NCBI GenBank assembly: GCA_963663765.2
Contig: CAXXUA010000005.1
Span: 960,001 to 1,024,000, forward strand
From: Candidatus Poribacteria bacterium
GTDB taxonomy: Bacteria > Poribacteria > WGA-4E > WGA-3G
Direction of reading: 5' to 3'
DNA: 64,000 nucleotides
The position numbers were made by a program, and so were the translations under genes. The notes below the pieces were generated by a model. That model was not told the origin of the DNA. It was given only the letters and a program-made list of their open reading frames with translations, and did no database searches. Positions 1 to 8,831 of this stretch are shown in pieces (the first letter of the stretch is position 1; every line of letters starts with the position of its first letter).

Positions 1-13
1 TAGCGTTGAGTTT

Positions 14-424
14 ATGTTTGATTTTGACAACACGATGAACGAAGACGATCTCGTTCAGTGGACACTCGGTACCGAGATAACAGAAATTTCCGGTGCAGCA
101 TCAGACGACAATACACTTTGGGTAATTTCAAGGACTTTCACTAATTATTTTTTTGAAGTCGCAATTGACCCGACAGCACCGAGAGGACCCAACCCAGGAA
201 ACAATGAGAGAGGAAAAGATTTTAGTGCTCATGACGGTTTGACCATTGGGTTAAGTTTCCACATGAATGATTGTGAAAACAATGTCCGTGAACATCAGAT
301 CGGGTGGACAGCAGGCCGCGCATGGGACCCCCTTACCTTTGGCGATCTTATTTTTAGCAAGGAATATTGGGGTGTGGAACCTTCAGGGAAACTCGCGGTA
401 ACCTGGGGAGAACTCAAGCAATAA
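14..424 (+). CDS. C-terminal part of a secreted protein (possibly CBM9/DOMON-like) ending in the Poribacteria-type motif; probably starts upstream of the window
   Basis: ORF at the window edge; ends GVEPSGKLAVTWGELKQ, the same motif as at the end of 35175..35957. Confidence 0.6.
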   Translation: MFDFDNTMNEDDLVQWTLGTEITEISGAASDDNTLWVISRTFTNYFFEVAIDPTAPRGPNPGNNERGKDFSAHDGLTIGLSFHMNDCENNVREHQIGWTAGRAWDPLTFGDLIFSKEYWGVEPSGKLAVTWGELKQ

Positions 425-429
425 TCAAT

Positions 430-465
430 GACCATACCTTATCAATATGAGGTATGGTCTTTCTA
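430..465 (+). terminator. Rho-independent terminator-like hairpin
   Basis: GACCATACCTTA...TGAGGTATGGTC followed by TTTCT, just after the stop codon. Confidence 0.55.
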
Positions 466-572
466 ATTTTATCAGAACCATTTCCCCGTCTAACTCAAAT
501 CGCATTTAGCGGTAGAATTCACAAACTACCCAATCTCAGCAAACTATCACAGCTATTAAAGTAACTTCCATC

Positions 573-3056
573 ATGAAAAATAAATATTATTTCGTGCTTA
601 TCCTTTCAATTGTCTTATCCATAAATTCAGTTCCTGTTTTCAGTCAATATGAACCACATACACAGATAGATCTACCTGCAGGTGCAAAAGCAAGGTTCGC
701 TGGAGGTCAGGTTAATATGTTCACCTACTCCCCTGATAGCAGTAGGATCGCTGTAGCGACGAATATCGGGACATGGATCTATGATGCACAGACCAGAGAA
801 GCAATTGCGTTACTCGGGGCACATCAGTCAAGAGTTTCATCCGTAGCATATTCTCCAGATGGAAGCACTCTCGCCATAGCTGTCAGAAGTCTGAATAGAT
901 TCAGTAGAAGTATCGGTAGCACCCTGCATTTATGGGATACATCTACAAATAAACTCAAAACCACTCTTACAAGATATTCGTATGTTATCAATTCTATTGC
1001 ATATTCACAGGATGGGACAACAATCGCAACGGGGGGCATGAACAATAAGGTGTGGTTATGGGATACACGAACAGGCAGCAATAGATTCGCTCTCTCTGGA
1101 CATTCGGGTATGATTAATATTGTTGTCTATTCACAAGATGGATCAACAATTGCATCTGGAAGTAATGACACCACGGTGCGATTGTGGAATGCCAACACAG
1201 GCAGATGTAAAGCAATTCTTATAGGACACACGGGATTTATCACATCAATTGCGTTTTCACCAGATGATACAACAATCGCTACGGGTAGTAGGGACAACAC
1301 TGTACGACTGTGGGATACTACGACAGGACAACATAAAATTACATTCCAAGAACATTCAGAAGGTGTAGTTTCCGTTGGGTATGCCCCCGATGGAAATACA
1401 ATCGTTAGCACTTCAATGAATGGGGAAGTGAGATTCTGGGATTTAGAAACGGGTAAATATCATAACTCTCTCAAAAATGAGGATGGGACACCTGCCACGA
1501 CTAATGCACCGATAGTTTATTCCCCAGATGGAACCACAATCGCTGCTGGCAGACGAAGTGCAATACGTTTTTGGGATGCTACCACAGGTAACTACAAATC
1601 TAAGATCGCGGAACATGACGGTCCAAAATATCAACTCGCATATTCTCCCGATGGTACTATGATCGCAAGTGGAGCAAGTATAGGTTTTCAATTATGGGAT
1701 GCTAAAACAGGAAAACTGAAATCCACTTTTGGTGAACATTCCAATTTACCCACAGCCATAGCCTTTTCTCCTGATGGCAACACTATCGCAACTGCAGATA
1801 CGGATTATAAGGTAAGATTGTGGTCAGCCACAGGTCAAAACAAAATCATATTGGAAGGACATACGCAGGAGATTCGTTGCATAGCGTTTTCCCCTGACAG
1901 TATTACAATCGCAAGTGGGGGCATGGGTAACACAATACGATTATGGGATACAATCACAGGCGAACAAATAACTACACTCAAAGCACAAAGAGGTTCTATT
2001 TCTTCTTTAACCTTTTCTCCAGATGGCACTACCCTCGTTATCGGAGCATTAAATGAACCTGCACATTTTTGGGATGTTAAAACGGGTCAACTCAAAAACA
2101 CCCTCAAAGGGGATGCAGGACGCAACTCCTCTAAAGTCTGCTATTCTCCTGACGGTTCCATTCTTGCAGCGGCAGGAAACAGGGAAATACATCTTTGGAA
2201 TAATGAGGCAGAACAACCTATAGCAACGCTCAGAGGACATACAGATTTTAATCGAGCTTTAATGTTTTCACCAGATGGGAGAATGTTAGCAAGCGCTAAT
2301 CAAGATGACACAGTGCGGTTATGGGATGTTGCAACAGGTGAATCTATAGCCGTCCTTAAAGGGCATACAACCAGCGTTGGAACTGTCGCATTTTCACCTG
2401 ATGGAAGCACACTGGCAAGTGGTGGGTACGATGGCGCATTACTACTATGGGAAATCCCAAACATTGACGCACCTACACTGAACATTGAGCCTTCAAAAAC
2501 ACAATCTCCTCCTATCGGTGAAAATTTGACGGTTGCCATTAACATCACAAAAGGAAATTATATTACAAAATATCAGGTAACTGTTCAATACGATAGTTCA
2601 ACACTACGATATATCGGTACTGATCACGAAGAAAACACGTCTGATGAGCATGCTGTTATTTCATTAACCACCGATGGAAATAAAATAACGATTAGCGGTT
2701 CCAAGACATCCGACGTAAAAGACAGAGTCAGCACACTTGCTAAATTAACCTTTCAGGTAATTGCAACACAAGAATCAACACTTACAATAAATAAAGTACT
2801 GTTGACAGGTAATAATGATACAACTATCACGCCTTGGTTAGGACATGCTGAAATCATGTTCATGTCATCTCAAAGCAGAAAAGAGGATGTCAATACTGAT
2901 GGGGTTGTAGACACGCAGGATTTAATGATTGTCACCTCAAACTTTGGGATGACCTCCGCGCGTCGGGCAGATGTAAATGGAGACAAAATCGTTGATATTG
3001 TGGACGTTATGTTGGTCACACGCGCGATAAGCACAACAACTCATCAAAAGAAATAG
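573..3056 (+). CDS. Secreted WD40-repeat protein with cohesin-like domain and C-terminal dockerin
   Basis: Signal peptide; about 13 GH...SPDG...LWD repeats; cohesin-like 'YQVTVQYDSSTLRY...LAKLTFQV'; duplicated EF-hand-like 'DVNTDGVVDTQD / DVNGDKIVDIVD'. Confidence 0.9.
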   Translation: MKNKYYFVLILSIVLSINSVPVFSQYEPHTQIDLPAGAKARFAGGQVNMFTYSPDSSRIAVATNIGTWIYDAQTREAIALLGAHQSRVSSVAYSPDGSTLAIAVRSLNRFSRSIGSTLHLWDTSTNKLKTTLTRYSYVINSIAYSQDGTTIATGGMNNKVWLWDTRTGSNRFALSGHSGMINIVVYSQDGSTIASGSNDTTVRLWNANTGRCKAILIGHTGFITSIAFSPDDTTIATGSRDNTVRLWDTTTGQHKITFQEHSEGVVSVGYAPDGNTIVSTSMNGEVRFWDLETGKYHNSLKNEDGTPATTNAPIVYSPDGTTIAAGRRSAIRFWDATTGNYKSKIAEHDGPKYQLAYSPDGTMIASGASIGFQLWDAKTGKLKSTFGEHSNLPTAIAFSPDGNTIATADTDYKVRLWSATGQNKIILEGHTQEIRCIAFSPDSITIASGGMGNTIRLWDTITGEQITTLKAQRGSISSLTFSPDGTTLVIGALNEPAHFWDVKTGQLKNTLKGDAGRNSSKVCYSPDGSILAAAGNREIHLWNNEAEQPIATLRGHTDFNRALMFSPDGRMLASANQDDTVRLWDVATGESIAVLKGHTTSVGTVAFSPDGSTLASGGYDGALLLWEIPNIDAPTLNIEPSKTQSPPIGENLTVAINITKGNYITKYQVTVQYDSSTLRYIGTDHEENTSDEHAVISLTTDGNKITISGSKTSDVKDRVSTLAKLTFQVIATQESTLTINKVLLTGNNDTTITPWLGHAEIMFMSSQSRKEDVNTDGVVDTQDLMIVTSNFGMTSARRADVNGDKIVDIVDVMLVTRAISTTTHQKK

Positions 3057-3111
3057 ATACAACAGATTACAAGAAAAACAGTGTAAGTTGCTCTTTCATG
3101 ACAGAGGAAAA

Positions 3112-5409
3112 ATGAAAACCAAATTTATCTGTATGCTGCCATTTGTAATATTCGTATTACTTTTTATACCAACATATACCGCAGCTGAAGATTACACACA
3201 AATAGCGATACCAGAAAATGCAAAAGCTCGATTAGGAAAAGGGACAATAAAGGGAACCGCTTATTCACCTGACTTAACTCGTCTCGCGGTAGGAACCAAC
3301 ATCGGAATTTGGATATATGACGCACAGAGTGGTAAGGAATTAACCTTGTTCCCAATGACGGAACCTATCTTATCAATTACTTATTCACCCGACGGTAATA
3401 CGATTGCAACTGGCGGATTCAATAGCGTGAATTTGTGGGATGCTTCCACCGGTAAACCAAAATCAAAATTTATAGTACATGCAAAGATAGTTCCAACTTT
3501 AACGTATTCTCCCGATGGAACTATGATTGCCAGTGCAAGTAATGACCAAACAGTCATGCTGTGGAATGTTGCTACCGGACAAGCTAAATATACACTTAGA
3601 GGACATACACATAATGTAAAATCTGTTGAGTTTTCTGCTGACGGCAGCACAATCGCTAGTGCAAGTTTTGATAAAACTGTACGTTTGTGGGACGTTGAAA
3701 CAGGTAAACACATTACTACGTTCAAAGAACATGACTGGATTGCTGAAGCCATAGCACTCTCACCTGATGGAAATACAATCGCAATTGGAGGTGGCACCCC
3801 ATCTCTGTTTTTATACGACGTTACCACAGGACACGAGATAGCCAGGATACATAACAATCAAAGAGGTATTACTGCCATTAAATATTCACCTGATGGCACT
3901 ACAATAGCAAGCGCATGTAGGGATGGACAAATTCGCTTATGGGATGCGAAAACAACACTACCCAAAAAAAGACTCACAGGTCATATAAGGCGAATCAATT
4001 CCTTAGTCTATAGTTCAGATGGTAATACTATTTTCGCTACAACCTATGAAGATGGCACAGTGTATTCATGGGATCCAATTACAGCACAACGCAAAACTGC
4101 TTTCACAATCACAGGACATCCGAACCTTTTATTCTCGGTGGTGTTTTCACCTGATGGCAACACGATCGCAACAGGAGAGCGCAACACAATACGTTTGTGG
4201 GATGCAAATACAAGGCGGTTCAAAGCAAAATTCAGAGAACATACTGGATATGTTGTTACCTTAGCATACTCACCGGATGGCAAAACACTCGCAAGCGGAA
4301 GCATAGACAAAACCGTCCGACTCTGGGATGCTGAATCACTGCAATTAAAGACGGCACTTGTTGGACATACAGAATCAGTCAATACTTTAGCATACTCGCC
4401 TGATGGCACTACAATCGCAACGGGAAGTAAGGACAAAACGGTGCGGTTGTGGGATGCTACCACAGGCAAACACAAAACCACGCTTTTAGGACATACGGAC
4501 GCAGTACATTCTGTCGTTTTTTCTCCAGATAGTACAACCCTCGCAACTGGTAGTAGCGACAAAACATTGCGATTATGGGATGTCGCATCAGAAGAACAGA
4601 AAATATCTTTTGCAAATAATACGGACAGGATTTCTTCTGTCGCGTTTTCACCTAATGGAACAACAATCGCAATTGGAAATTGGTACGAAGGGATAATTCT
4701 GTGGGATATTACCAAACCAGAAACTATAACCAAATTTTCTGGAAGCATCAGCGGCGTGTCTTCTATGACTTTCTCACCAGATGGGAGAACCATAGCGAGT
4801 TCAGGTGGTGATAAAACAGTGTATTTGTGGGATGTTGACACTCTACAACTTATTGGAAAATATATAGGACACTTAAGCTATGTCTCTTCCATAGCATATT
4901 CACCAGATGGAAAAACACTCGCGAGCGCAAGTCACGACGCAACAATCTTTCTATGGAATCTCCCAACTCCTACTAAAACAAGGTTGACCTTTGTGCCTAC
5001 AATAGAACAGAATCCGAGTGAAATTGGGCAAAAACTAACTTACTCCATCAATATTCAAAACGGTGAATCCATCACAGGTTTTCAGGTTACTTTGACGTAT
5101 GATAGCACTAAACTCCGTTACATTGAAAGTGCTGACGGCAGCTATCTCGGAGGATTTCTGCCCGCAGGGGTTTTCCCGATTCCTCCGAATGTCTATTCTA
5201 AGAGTGTAACACTTGCTGCATTTACGCTGTCAAGCGGCAGTTCAGGAGATGGCACACTCGCAACCATCACATTTGAAGTGATTGATACCAACGCTTCCGA
5301 ACCAACTTTATCCACTGCTCTTGTCACCAATAACAAAGCAAAAGGCGTTGTCCCGATAATAGAAAATGTATCAAGAGTTGTCTTACAACAGAAATCATTG
5401 AAGCAATGA
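3112..5409 (+). CDS. Secreted WD40-repeat protein with C-terminal cohesin-like domain
   Basis: ATG at 3112 after AGAGGAAA; AKARLGKG motif; WD40 repeats; 'GFQVTLTYDSTKLRY...GDGTLATITFEV'. Confidence 0.9.
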   Translation: MKTKFICMLPFVIFVLLFIPTYTAAEDYTQIAIPENAKARLGKGTIKGTAYSPDLTRLAVGTNIGIWIYDAQSGKELTLFPMTEPILSITYSPDGNTIATGGFNSVNLWDASTGKPKSKFIVHAKIVPTLTYSPDGTMIASASNDQTVMLWNVATGQAKYTLRGHTHNVKSVEFSADGSTIASASFDKTVRLWDVETGKHITTFKEHDWIAEAIALSPDGNTIAIGGGTPSLFLYDVTTGHEIARIHNNQRGITAIKYSPDGTTIASACRDGQIRLWDAKTTLPKKRLTGHIRRINSLVYSSDGNTIFATTYEDGTVYSWDPITAQRKTAFTITGHPNLLFSVVFSPDGNTIATGERNTIRLWDANTRRFKAKFREHTGYVVTLAYSPDGKTLASGSIDKTVRLWDAESLQLKTALVGHTESVNTLAYSPDGTTIATGSKDKTVRLWDATTGKHKTTLLGHTDAVHSVVFSPDSTTLATGSSDKTLRLWDVASEEQKISFANNTDRISSVAFSPNGTTIAIGNWYEGIILWDITKPETITKFSGSISGVSSMTFSPDGRTIASSGGDKTVYLWDVDTLQLIGKYIGHLSYVSSIAYSPDGKTLASASHDATIFLWNLPTPTKTRLTFVPTIEQNPSEIGQKLTYSINIQNGESITGFQVTLTYDSTKLRYIESADGSYLGGFLPAGVFPIPPNVYSKSVTLAAFTLSSGSSGDGTLATITFEVIDTNASEPTLSTALVTNNKAKGVVPIIENVSRVVLQQKSLKQ

Positions 5410-5436
5410 AACTAAAGATATAGGGAAAATTGAGCG

Positions 5437-6273
5437 ATGTATAACCTAACAGGCAAAACCGCCTTGGTCACAGGCGCAGGTGGCAGGAACGGTATCGGTC
5501 GCGCAATCGCTACACGTTTAGCAAAGGATGGAGCAAATGTCGCTGTCAACGACATACATGAACACCCTTATGCAGAAGAAGACCCAGAGTGGCGGGGTTT
5601 GCCAGATGTTGTACACGAAATTGAAGCGATGGGGAAACAAGCAATCTGTATTGTTGCGGATGTTTCAAATGCAAAACAGGTCAATGATATGGTAGAGACA
5701 ACCGTCTCACATTTCGGAAGAATTGATATCCTCGTTAACAATGCTGGCACAAAAGCAGGAAAAGATCGTGTCCCTGTCGTTGACCTTACCGAAGAAGATT
5801 GGGATAGGGTGCAAAATGTCAATATAAAAGGTGTGTTTCTCTGTTGTCAAGCCGTGGCACGTCATCTTATTTCACAAAACTCAGGGGGTAAGATCATCAA
5901 CATCTCATCAGTCCGAGGCAAACAAGGTGCAGCATGTTATGCTGCGTATAGCGCATCCAAATTTGCTGTCATCGGTTTGACACAGTCGCTTGCACACGAA
6001 CTTGCCCCATACAACATCAACGTCAACGCACTCTGTCCAAGTCTGGTAGATACTGAACGTGTCACGCATTTAGCATCTGCATTGATGCCAGAAAATCTCT
6101 CAGCAGCGGAACAACGCGCAGAATTTGCTTTGCATGCTGAAACTGCCGTACCATTAGGACGACTCGCAGAAGGGGTGGATGTTGCAAATATGGCAGCATT
6201 CCTCGCTTCGGACGAAGCTGCGTATCTAACAGGGTTGTCTGTTACCGTCGCAGGTGGTTCACTGATGGATTAG
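5437..6273 (+). CDS. SDR family oxidoreductase
   Basis: TGAGGRNGIG, NNAG, YSASK catalytic motif. Confidence 0.92.
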   Translation: MYNLTGKTALVTGAGGRNGIGRAIATRLAKDGANVAVNDIHEHPYAEEDPEWRGLPDVVHEIEAMGKQAICIVADVSNAKQVNDMVETTVSHFGRIDILVNNAGTKAGKDRVPVVDLTEEDWDRVQNVNIKGVFLCCQAVARHLISQNSGGKIINISSVRGKQGAACYAAYSASKFAVIGLTQSLAHELAPYNINVNALCPSLVDTERVTHLASALMPENLSAAEQRAEFALHAETAVPLGRLAEGVDVANMAAFLASDEAAYLTGLSVTVAGGSLMD

Positions 6274-6308
6274 TTTATTGAAAACCAATAATATGTCTAC
6301 ACTCCCTG

Positions 6309-6393
6309 GTAGGTGCGGTTTCTAACCAATGCAGAATACCATACGCGTATTCTGCCGTATTTATACAGGTACGACTATTAAACCAAACCTACC
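6309..6393. repeat. GTAG-type REP doublet with an inserted hairpin
   Basis: GTAGGTGCGGTTTCTAACC ... AAACCAAACCTAC flanking the GCAGAATAC-catacgc-GTATTCTGC hairpin. Confidence 0.5.
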
Positions 6394-6493
6394 GTCGTAT
6401 CCAAGTAATTATGGATTTTACTATAATCAATACATGCTTAAATCACATTTCCGTTGTGTGTTCAAAGAGTTTTAGCGTTATCTGATCTTTACG

Positions 6494-6670
6494 GTGATAC
6501 TCACGACGACTAAAGTCATGTGCTTCTTTGAAACACATAACTCTCCTCTGTGTGATTCCTGCTTCCGTCTCTCGTGCCTCTATCCAGAACTGCGTGAGGT
6601 CTTATTCGGACTCCACAAGCGTTTATGCTCTCTGTCTATCCGACAGCGAGGGTTTTTAGGTTTATTGCAG
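6494..6670 (-). ncRNA. Putative omegaRNA (reRNA) scaffold of TnpB
   Basis: Structured segment running from the tnpB 3' end to the TCAC right end, the usual omegaRNA position; 5' boundary approximate. Confidence 0.6.
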
Positions 6671-7712
6671 CATTTATGTCTCTATCTATTTGATAGTCGC
6701 ATTGACTGCAATGATACGTTCTCTCTGATAGCGTCAAATCATCTTTCTTGTGTCTACAACGACTACAAGTTTTGCTTGAAGCATAGAATTTCGGTGCTTG
6801 TAATACAGGTATTCCGAAAGCATCTGCTTTCGTTTTTAGCTTATTGAGAAACCCACCTAACGCTGAATCCGATAATGCCTTTGCGAGTTTTCTATTCTTT
6901 AGCATGTTCGTTATTTTTAGTGTCTCAATGCTGATAGTAGATGCAAGGTTGACGATCTCTGTCGTTGCTTTGTGGTGTGCATCATTTCGGATACAAGCGA
7001 TACGATAGTGGATACGTTCTAACTTGCGTTTCTGCTTGAACCAGTTTTTTGACTTGAAAACACGCCGACTCAACTTGCGTTGTTCCCTCTTTAGTTTTCT
7101 CTCATAGCGTTTCAGAGGTCTTGGATTATCATATTTCATACCATTACTCAAGGTGGCAAGGGTGTTGATGCCTACATCTATACCGATAACAGGGTGCGTT
7201 GAATTGTCAACGACTTCGGTGTCCTCTGTTTCTACAGTGATAGATATAAACCAACGATGTGCTGTCCTTGAAATCGTCACGCTGATAATCTTCCCTACAA
7301 AACGCAATGCTTGACGCATTTTGACCCAACCAACCTTAGGCAACCGGACCTTCTTGCCTTCAACTTTCACAGATTGTTCGTCTGTTGTCCATGTATCCCT
7401 AATCCCACGCTTTTTGAACCGAGGAAACCTCGCACGTTTGCTAACCCAATTCGTAATCGCTTGACCCAAATTCTTGATAGCATTTAACGCTGCACGTTGA
7501 TCTTGGGAACGTGTCCAATCATACTCTTTCTTCGTTTTATTGAAGTTTACGTTTAATGTCCGCCATGATTGGAAGGTGTCCTGATCTAAACCCGCCTTAA
7601 AATCTGATAACGCTTGATTGTAGGCAAACCTCGCATAACCGCATTGCTGAGCAAACCATGTGCGTTGTTTGTTGTTCGGATTCAATGTAATCTTGTGTGT
7701 TTTGTAGGACAT
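6636..7712 (-). CDS. tnpB: TnpB RNA-guided endonuclease
   Basis: N-terminal HTH (CGYARFAYN); RuvC-I GIDVG, RuvC-II SIETL, Zn finger CSRC/CSQC, RuvC-III DRDINAAINL; ATG at 7712 after AGGAG. Confidence 0.95.
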   Translation of the reverse strand: MSYKTHKITLNPNNKQRTWFAQQCGYARFAYNQALSDFKAGLDQDTFQSWRTLNVNFNKTKKEYDWTRSQDQRAALNAIKNLGQAITNWVSKRARFPRFKKRGIRDTWTTDEQSVKVEGKKVRLPKVGWVKMRQALRFVGKIISVTISRTAHRWFISITVETEDTEVVDNSTHPVIGIDVGINTLATLSNGMKYDNPRPLKRYERKLKREQRKLSRRVFKSKNWFKQKRKLERIHYRIACIRNDAHHKATTEIVNLASTISIETLKITNMLKNRKLAKALSDSALGGFLNKLKTKADAFGIPVLQAPKFYASSKTCSRCRHKKDDLTLSERTYHCSQCDYQIDRDINAAINLKTLAVG

Positions 7713-7792
7713 ACCTAACTCCTGTAGGGTGCTGACTTCCATTGACGTGGTGTGATAGGTGCGTCAACACCTATCACGGAGTCAGTCCTATA

Positions 7793-7822
7793 AGGATACC
7801 ATAGAAGACATATAAATGTCAA
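7793..7822 (-). promoter_or_regulatory. sigma70-type promoter of tnpB
   Basis: TTGACA-18 nt-TATCCT with an extended TG on the minus strand. Confidence 0.55.
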
Positions 7823-7860
7823 CGTTTTTTGACCCAAGCATAAATGCTTGGGATTGTCAG

Positions 7861-8751
7861 TTAATTCCCTTCATATTCCAACCACTTCATTGCAAAATCA
7901 GCGAACTCAGGATTAATCTCTATACCAAGATATTCAACCCCTAATGCTTGTGCTACGACACACTCTGATCCGGAACCTGAAAATGGGATAAACACCTTAC
8001 CCCTTTTCTCATTGATACGTGATAGGATGAGCCGTCTCGTTAACTCCATCGGTTTTTGCGTGGGATGTTTCAATATATCGTGTTCACGGTGTTCAGATAG
8101 ATCAGCAGGTGGGAAAATTTGGGACTCACATGTCTTACAGACGAACCATCTTTCAGAACGACCAGCACCACCAGCTAATGCTGGAATTTTGATAACATCT
8201 CTCGGCAGAGCACCATTTGCATGCGCGTTATAAATGGTCATTTTACCTTGTGTACCATAACGGGAAGGTGTGTCCTTTCGAATTTTGCCTGCAGCGTTCT
8301 TTAGGAAACTTTTGGTATAAGGTTCTCTAATCTGGTCAATCTCCAGATTGGTACGCGGCTTATTCGGTTTCCAGAGACACAGTATTGTCTCGTGTGACCT
8401 TTGCCAGAACTTCAATGATGGCACCGTTTTGTTGGTATAATGCCACACCAACCAACGTTGTTCATGGATAGGGAAACGCACAGATATTCTTGCAATTATT
8501 TCGGGGAACCCATAAAGGTAAAGTAATCCATCATCTGTCAGCAGGTAAAGACAGTCTTTTATCCACGCCTCTGCCCATTCAACGTAATCGTCTATCGGCA
8601 TCACTTCAGTATCGTTCCCAAAATCTTTACCGATATTGTATGGCGGATCGGCAATAATCACATCGTACTGCTTCTCCGCATTGATGAGTTTTGGTAATAC
8701 TTTCGTAGTATCTGCAACGATAATTGTATTAGTGAATGTGTTAGTCTTCAT
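7861..8751 (-). CDS. Site-specific DNA methyltransferase (N4-C/N6-A, beta class)
   Basis: DPPY before HPTQKP and PFSGSGS (FxGxG), GIEIN. Confidence 0.9.
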   Translation of the reverse strand: MKTNTFTNTIIVADTTKVLPKLINAEKQYDVIIADPPYNIGKDFGNDTEVMPIDDYVEWAEAWIKDCLYLLTDDGLLYLYGFPEIIARISVRFPIHEQRWLVWHYTNKTVPSLKFWQRSHETILCLWKPNKPRTNLEIDQIREPYTKSFLKNAAGKIRKDTPSRYGTQGKMTIYNAHANGALPRDVIKIPALAGGAGRSERWFVCKTCESQIFPPADLSEHREHDILKHPTQKPMELTRRLILSRINEKRGKVFIPFSGSGSECVVAQALGVEYLGIEINPEFADFAMKWLEYEGN

Positions 8752-8831
8752 TGGATGATCTTGCAAATGTTGTAGTTGGTCGGTGACCGGGGGTGAAATC
8801 AAACAATCACTGTAAAACGTTTTTACAATTA

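Larger units (their letters stand above)
6494..7860 (-). mobile_element. IS200/IS605-family (IS1341-like, tnpB-only) element
   Basis: Right end on the minus strand GAAGCACATGACTTTAGTCGTCGTGAGTATCAC, similar to the ISDra2 RE; left-end hairpin CCCAAGCATTTATGCTTGGG at about 7833-7852; no tnpA; left boundary approximate. Confidence 0.8.

Noticed and set aside
4044-4841. Long antisense ORFs within WD40 and other genes (also 3381..3857, 49514..50068, 37940..38449)
   Set aside because: Shadow frames of well-supported genes on the other strand.
573-5409. Diversity-generating retroelement acting on WD40 repeats
   Set aside because: No reverse transcriptase and no template/variable repeat pair with adenine-specific differences was seen.
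6636-7712. Cas12f or nuclease-dead TldR regulator
   Set aside because: No CRISPR array, IS-type ends are present and the RuvC D/E/D triad is intact; ordinary TnpB.
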